Below are positions 56,601 through 64,000 of a DNA stretch of 64,000 nt, one piece after another. This stretch comes from Selaginella moellendorffii (Eukaryota > Plantae > Lycopodiophyta): assembly GCF_000143415.4 (NCBI RefSeq), contig NW_003314262.1:4586389-4650388 (forward strand), in the 5' to 3' direction. Below the pieces are notes generated by a model. It was not told the origin of the DNA, did no database searches, and worked only from the letters and a program-made list of their open reading frames with translations. Numbering within the stretch: position 1 is the stretch's first letter; the number at the start of each line of letters is the position of its first letter. Made by a program: the position numbers and the translations under genes.

Positions 56601-59504
56601 ATGAGTTTTGCTACACAAATTTCTAGCGGCCTTTTCGCTCCAAACAACATTCCCTCCAGTAAACGCTTCAAGCCTCTCAATATGGGTTCTTTCACCCAGT
56701 TCTCAGCAGGTAGCGCTCTTGTAGAGGCTTTCATCGCCTTCATTTAACTTGTTTTTGTTTCAGGTCTTGTGCTGAGAGCTGGAGTAAAAGTTCCTGGCAC
56801 TCTCAGCGTTCAGTCCCATCCGTCAAGCAAAGAGGTGCCAAGCTCTTGTTTTTCTCATCTGCAAGAGTTTCTTCTTTGATTGCAGAGTAGCAGCAGCACT
56901 ATCAAGAAGCTGTTTGCAGGCGTGGACGATGCTTGCGGCTTCTCAGCTTACGACATGGGATGGATCGCACGAATACCTCATGCTCATAACCCAGAACTTG
57001 GACCCCAGTTTCCTCAGAGCTTGGAATGGATCGTTCACAACCAGTGCGATGATGGGTCCTGGGATCAAGGAGAAGAAGATGCTCAGCGGGTTTGCAGCAC
57101 CCTGTCGTGTGTCATTGCTCTGAAAACATGGAACCGAAGGGAGTGTAGCATCCAAAGAGGTAAGCTCTTTCCTCTCTAGCATCTATAAACAGCGTATTCG
57201 TGCAGGTCTAAGCTTTTTGAAATCCCAGCGGCCATTGGTCCACGATAAACTTACAAGAGACATGGAAGCCATCTTGCATAGACTATTACAAGAGGGCAAA
57301 TCACTGGATTTGGAGCTGAATTATGACGAATCTTTTGTTCAACGTATTTGTGAACAGGGTCAGGAATTCCTTCAGAGGTAACTCCAAAGCCCTTGAGGTT
57401 CTTAAACAGTAACTGTAGCTTTTGTCCTGATAATCAGCGTATCAAATGACGCGTTGGATCAGTATCCGACTTCTTTCGTCCATATACTTGAAGCGTTTCA
57501 TGAACGTGCAAATTGGCAACATCTTCTCAGATATCAAAGTAGCGGCGGATCTTTGTTCTCTGTCACGCTGACGGCATGCGCGTACATGCACACCGGAGAC
57601 AAAAAGTGCCTTCGTTTTCTAAACGGGGTCCTTGAAGGCCCATTGACCAAGCCAAACAAGAACCGACACTTTCGCGGCTTAAGTCAGCTTTTGCGACTTG
57701 CAGAGTGGCTTGAGCATCTGGGAATCGAAAGGTTCTTTGAGAAAGAAATCGAGCAAACGTTGATTCAAGCTTTCAGGTAAACTTCTTACTACTCGGAAGG
57801 TTTAGTAACTTGTCACAGATGTTGGAGAGGAAATGCCGCAGGTAGCGGAAGTCAAAAACATCTAGAAAGCTTTAAAGACTCTGCTCTTTTGTTCCGGATT
57901 CTTCGTCGTCATGGCTATGAAGTCTCCCCAGGTACAACGTTTTTTATCCTAGTGACAGGCTATCCAAGGCTATTCATGTTATAGACGTGGTACATCAGCG
58001 AACATTTTGCGATGTAAAGGAGCTGTCTTTGGCATCACATTTTCTCTTTCCTACTGAAAGCAGAAAAATGTTGGACTCGACTCCAATCATTGATGTCGCG
58101 AATGAAGAAGTTTGCCTTCACTTAACAGTCCGATCTTTTGCTAACGTTTCCTCTACAGACGACGTTTCCATGGTATAATATAATGCATCGGATCCAACAC
58201 ATTGAATACATGACTAAATTTACGGCAAGTATGGATTTCATAAGCACAAGGTATGCAATAGCTTGCTGTAAATCTGTATTAGTTCTTCTTCGAGATTTGT
58301 CAGTGAACGATCTTCGATACTGGCCTTCGCAAAATCCGACTTCAATGCTTGCCAGAAGATCTACCAGAAGGATTTGCAGCATGTTATGAGGTAACCGTGT
58401 TCGGTGTTTTGCCTCTTGCTTAATGCACAGCCCTTGAACCGCAGGTGGAACGAAGAGTGCGGCTTTGGACGTCTGGGTTATGCCCGGCAGAAAGACGTGT
58501 TCTGCGTTTTTACTGCTGCTGCAACCATGTTCCAGCCGGAACTCTCTATGGCTCGCATTGTCTGGGCACAGATGAGTGTTCTTACAACAGTCATTGACGA
58601 CTTCATGGACACGCACGATTCTCTCGACAATTTGAGAAACTTTTGCACTGCCATCAGAAGGTACTAGTAGACTTCATTAATTTATGCATTGTTTTTGTGT
58701 CTTGTGTTTATCTCACAGATGGGATCCGTCTGCCTCGGAGCTGAACGACGACGCTAGCATTCTTTTTCGAGGATTGCTTAAGACGGTTACATGGACAGCC
58801 CAGTGTGCTTCCGCGGTACAAGGCAGAGATATGACGGCGAGCTTCCGAGCTCAAGTAAGAACCTCTTGGAACCTCTATGTACAAGAGAGCTTTCTAATTG
58901 GTTTTATCAGTGGGAAAGACTTTGCGATGCGTTTTTTCGAGAGGCAGAATGGAGGCTCACGAATCACTGTCCCAGCCTTGAAGAGTACGTAGAAAACGGA
59001 ATCACGTCCTTTGCACTGGAACCGATCGTCTTATCTACACTCCTTTTTCTGGACGAGAAAATTGAGTCGGCGGTTCTCGACCATCCGGACTGTATCAACA
59101 TGTGCCGGAGGGTCTTCACAATTGGGAGACTGCTCAACGACATCCAAGGCTTTGACGTAAGCTTTATCTTTCTCAGTTTTGGATGTTAACCCGAGCAAGA
59201 TCTTTCACCATTCCAGCGTGAGAGCAGCGCGGGGGAGTTCTCATGGATCACGATCTACATGAAGGAACACCCGGGAACGAGCGTGGAGGACGCGGTGGTG
59301 GAGATAAGAAAGATTCTAAATGCGACGATAGAGGAGCTGGTCGAGGACGTGCTCCGGCCCAGAGCAGTGCCTAAGAGATGCAAGCGCGTGTTTGAGAACA
59401 TGATGAGAATTCTCAACTTTGTCTACCGTAAGGGCGATGGATACAGCACGGACGCTGAACTACGAGGCCACATCAAGCAAGTTCTTCACGCGAAACTGGA
59501 ATAA
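56601..59504 (+). CDS. Terpene synthase copy 3, class I diterpene-synthase-like, apparently intact multi-exon gene
   Basis: Motifs SAYDMGWIARIP, NQCDDGSW, STLSCVIALKTW, DDFMD and RLLNDIQGFDRE. The DxDD position reads SFKD. An alternative in-frame ATG lies at 56529. Confidence 0.88.
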
Positions 59505-62500
59505 TCTATATAATATTTCGGCCCAGATTCAAAAGAATCTTCACATTATCGACGAGATAAAAATCCCGATTTGGGCAAATGCTCTGGCTACTTTTCCCAA
59601 CCTTTCCAGGCACCAAGAATGGCGTGCCATTCAGTGAGATTGAAGGAGATTTTGGCGAACGGGGCCGAGAATGAGGGCGATGGAGATAGGGCCAACAACA
59701 GTGTAATCACTGAGATGTGGTCTATACCAGCTATCTCATACGTATGTACGAGTTTTCACTTGAAGTAATACAGGTAGATAATCTATGAGAGGTTACTTTT
59801 TTCACTTTGCAGAAGATATCTGAAGACATACTATGTTTCAGGAAAAGCCTCATCACTGGTGCTGTTTGGCAATTCATCTTACAAAGAGATCTGGAACTCC
59901 AGATAAATCACCAGCAGTCAAATTGAGGAATGCTATACAAGAGTGATCACTCTATGTTTCCCTAGCCAAGACAACTTTTAGGCAATGAATGTCAATAATG
60001 TCATAATACCTGTACATTCAGGATTTCTTGCCTGGCAGAGGAGTGTACCGAGATATAAACACCTCTGCCGGAAGACCTCTCTCCCCTGGCAGGAGCGGGA
60101 TCAAGTAACACTCCTGAGGGGGAGCCAGGGTCTGCAACGAGTGCCCTACTACCTTCGTGAAATGGAGCAGGTTGCGATCAAAATGATGACCAAGATGCAG
60201 AATCATTGAAAGCCCTTGAGTGTGTGAATCTGGACTCACCAGCAACAGGTTCACAGGTCGTGGAGCATGCCCAGACTTTGGTGGAGGACACAAACCCCAG
60301 GCAAATCTACCACCTTTTACAGCAAAGAAGTTTTCAGCCTTAGGAGTTGCTAGTAGGAGGCCTACAGGTTGTGGAGCATGCTCAACCCCTATTTGAGCCG
60401 CAAATGCTCGAGGATGTCATTTTTCCAGGCCCAGGCAAATCTGGTAACGTTTTCAGCGACGAGATTTCCAGTCTTGAGGGCGAGGACGAGAAAAACAGTG
60501 GCAGCTACAGGTTGTGAGGAGCCTTTGGTAGCCATGCCACAGGAATCAGAGCAGCTGGATGGTTATAAGACATAAGTTTCCCTTCGATCGGCAATTGCCC
60601 GCTCAGCAGATATCAGTTTGAAGATTGTTGAGGATGATTGCTGAGGATGGCAATGAAGAAGACGTGGTTTAGGTAGTGGACTTTTAGCAGGCTCAAGTTC
60701 TTTCAAGGTACAAGATAATTGCAAAACAGGTGAATTTGCCATTTTTTGCAGTTGCCAATCCTTTGGATTGCACTGTAGCAATGGTTTTTGAGGAGATTTT
60801 GGAGTTTTCAGATTGTGTGATGCTTTTCGAGGAGTCAGAGGTATGCCTTTATAGACGAAGTAGCAGTTGATTCCCATTGAAGAGACACTACCACCTGCAC
60901 ATCCCACACCAAGCTCAACACATTTCGACTTCCAGCATGAAGTTCTTTGTGATTCCTCCAGCTCCAAGGTGTTGCCATTTAGACACCCTTGATGTTTCAC
61001 CACCACCTCGAATTCCAAAACCTTTTTCTGCAGTGAAGGACATGACATACCCATGGTTTTTCTGGTCTCCTCCTCAATGCTGGTCATCCTCCTAAGAGTG
61101 TAAGTTCTTGAGACTATTTCTACTACTTCTTTCATATCTTTTTATTTGTTTTCTTCTCTTTTCCTTCTCTACTGCTTTGAGTGTCTACTTCATTTTCCCT
61201 ATAGTCCTATAAGTGTAAGTAATTAAAAAAATGTCTTAAGGTTTTAAGTGTTAAAATATAGAGGGAAAATGACTATAACTTTTTTAAAATGGTTTGAAAT
61301 ACATGGAGTTAAAACATTTTAGGTTTGAATAATACTAAGATAAATGACTTTATGAAAAAATTGAATTCAAAAGCTTATTTTTGCATGATAGAGTGGTCAA
61401 CTGTTGCAGTACTAGAAGAGTAAGGTGTCTAAGTCCCAAATATTCCCCTCCTCTATATAAATGCTCAACCAAGTAGTGTTCCACCCATTCTTGTTTGTAT
61501 AAATGACTAGCAACAAATATATACCTTGCACTTGAGCTTATAGTTAAAAGTGTAAGAAAGTGCATGTTGCCCTGTTGCTCCCAATTTGTAATTCTCCAGG
61601 TTTGCAGTGGCTCTCCATCTCCTTCCTTTTGGATGTGATGAGAGAGGTGCGACCAGGAGCTCAGCTTGCTCTAATATACTCCCACTTAAAAATTATCACA
61701 TAGAACTTGATTTAATCCAACAGCTCCTTACAGTCTGATTGCTGAGCCATTGCCTATTAAGTTGATTGATCATCACCCCTCCCCCCCCCCCCCCCCCGCC
61801 CAATATCATGATCAAGCTGAATCCAGTCTGAATTTAGGTTTAAAATTCTCTTGTCTTGGCAGCCAACCTACACCAAGAGGAATTGTGTTATGAACAGAAA
61901 ATTTCTCTCCACACCTGGGCAGATCATGGCTTGTCATCATATCATTGCAATCTGGAGGTAGGTCCTTTTTTCCAACAATTATCAAACTGTGGTAGTGGTG
62001 GTTGTGACCCATCAAATTATTTTCTGCGTTGTTTGAGTGCCCTAAGAGAGAAGAGACTATGGGCAAGAAGAATAAGGGATTTATGCAATATTTTCCTTCC
62101 TGATTCTTGGCTGAATCCACATTTCTCTTCTAGTTAAAGCTTATAAGCTACTTATAAGTTCAAACACATGTTGTTTAATGCATTCTTAAATATGGTCTAT
62201 CTCTTATTTCTGAGATGTTCTTGTGAAATAAAATAATGTGCTCTAGCAACTTTCTTTCGTCTTTATACTTTCGGACCTTTCCAATTTAAACAAGATTTAT
62301 ATTAGTGATAAGTATAATTAAACCAAGCTCCTTCCAAGGTGCTTTTGTGGAACACACATCCAGAAGCTACAGAGGCAGCTGGCACTAGTACGGGCCAAGA
62401 ATGCAACGCTCAATGAGAGGGTTGCCTAATTGGAGTACAAATGCACTTGTGCTGTTGAGGCACAGGAGGCACTTGGCTTCCAGGTCAAGTCACTTATGAC

Positions 62501-63046
62501 TTGGATCCTGGTGAACATCCCCAATTAGCATGATCCTCAAGCAGGCAATAGGATCTTGATGAGCACTATCAACTAGCATGCATAACAAGAAACCAACATG
62601 CTGGGACCAACATGCTGCTTGTCTCCAACATGAGATTATGCACATTATGCCATCAGCTTGAAATACACCACTTTCTTTCTGAGTGACCTGGTTAGGAAGC
62701 ATGCCTATTCTTGATTGGCCATCCAAACATCAACATGATGTTTCCCCAACCATAGATACCAAGCCTCCCCAAGCTTGACTGAAGACCTCTACTCGTTATT
62801 GCTTTATATATATAGATGTTTGAATTAACATTCATATGTTTGAAATGTATAAATATTAGGGTTATATTGAGTTGAGACGGCATTGACAGATAGTGGCAAA
62901 TAGGTGGCACATAACAAGTTCTGTAATCTTTCGAACCTGATTGCCATAGATATCTGAATAATCATGCTATGTTGAAAAGCCTCATCGTCAAATTCATTTT
63001 TGGTATTAGTTGGCAATATCATGTAATGGTGTATAAGTAGCATCAA

Positions 63047-64000
63047 CACAATCAAGAAGCTGTTTGCAGGCGTGGACAATGCTTACAGCTTTTCAGCTTA
63101 CAACATGGGATGGATCACATGAATACCTTATTGTTAGGCACTAGATCAAGATAATAGGATAAAAAAAAGTTTGCAATCAAGTGATCAAGATCCTAACATT
63201 GGTATTGAAGCCAAATTCAATTCTTGTAACTGATAAGTGGGCAAGAATATTTTAAAGGAATATTTAACATGATCTAGAAGTTTGGTAGACCAGGTGACAT
63301 GAGTATGATTGCAGATGATCATTTTCTAATAAGGGAAGGATTGTTAAGCACTAGGTTAGGATAATAAAATAAAGAAAAAGCCTTACAATCAGTTCTTTAA
63401 CCAATTGACTTAGGCTGTAATGGATACAATTTTAACACTTATACTCATAACCTAGAACTTGGGGCCCCAATTTCCTCGGAGCTTGGAATGGATCAAGATC
63501 ACTAGTCCACAATGGACTTAGAGCTGAATTATAGAGATCTTTTGTTGAACATATATGTAAATAATCAGGAATTTCTTCTGAGGTATAACTTCAAAGCTCT
63601 TGAGGTTCTTATTTACAGCTTTGTCCTAATGACCAGCGTATCAAACGAGTTGGAGCAGTATCCGACTTCTTTCGTTCATGTACTTGAAGCGTTTCATGAC
63701 CGTCCAAAGTGGCAGCAACTTCTCAAATATCAAAGTAGCCGCAGATCTTTATTCTCTGTCACGCTGATGGCATGCGCGTACATGCACACCGGAGACAGAA
63801 ATTGCCTTCGTTTCCTAAACAGTGGCCTATTGACCAAGGCAAACAAGAACCGAAACTTTCCAAATCGCCACTTAAGTCAGCTACTGCAACTTGTAGACTG
63901 GCTTGAGCATCTGGGAATGGAAAGGTTCTTCGAGAAAGAGATCAAGCAAACGGTGGTTAAAGCTTTCAGGTAAACTTCTTTGTCACTCGGAAAGTTCAAT
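63047..64000 (+). pseudogene. Terpene synthase copy 4 (pseudogene, continues past window end)
   Basis: TIKKLFAGVDNAYSFSAYNMGWIT* followed by an LTR insertion and an internal deletion; then EQYPTSFVHVLEAF..LEHLGMERFFEKEI. Confidence 0.85.
63132..63437. mobile_element. Solo LTR inserted in TPS copy 4
   Basis: TGTTA...TAACA termini with a perfect 5-bp TSD CTTAT (63127-63131, 63438-63442). Removing it restores the TPS exon. Confidence 0.85.

Noticed and set aside
59985-61135. ORFs and imperfect ~110-135 bp direct repeats (CAGGT(C/T)GTGGAGCATGC; CCAGGCAAATCT)
   Set aside because: No termini or protein motifs support a specific call.

Overview
Eukaryotic, TE-dense land-plant DNA. The very short (~40-60 nt) GT-AG introns and the terpene synthase array fit a lycophyte such as Selaginella; this is an inference and is not verified. 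The window contains: (1) TRIM mini-retrotransposons and decayed Ty3/gypsy debris at 0-9 kb; (2) a 10.7-kb TIR DNA transposon (9476-20222; perfect 30-bp TIRs, TGT flanking duplication) nested in an LTR element; (3) a disrupted TmpA/ferric-reductase-like membrane oxidoreductase gene, head-to-head with an ICT1/ArfB-type peptidyl-tRNA hydrolase gene; (4) four tandem class-I diterpene-synthase-like copies (two probably intact, two pseudogenes); (5) two head-to-head Helitrons, one interrupted by a full-length chromovirus. The most striking candidate system is the DNA transposon. It encodes a Sola1-like DDE transposase and, divergently, a multi-exon accessory gene with a ParB-like domain, a degenerate N4/N6 methyltransferase-like fold and an FCP1/NIF HAD domain. 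It also carries about 20 copies of a 22-bp palindrome (ATGGCRTG-N6-CAYGCCAT) that I found only between the TIRs, four of them just before intron 3' splice sites. This suggests a parS-like or anti-silencing self-recognition system. All domain calls are motif recognition by eye; no searches were run.
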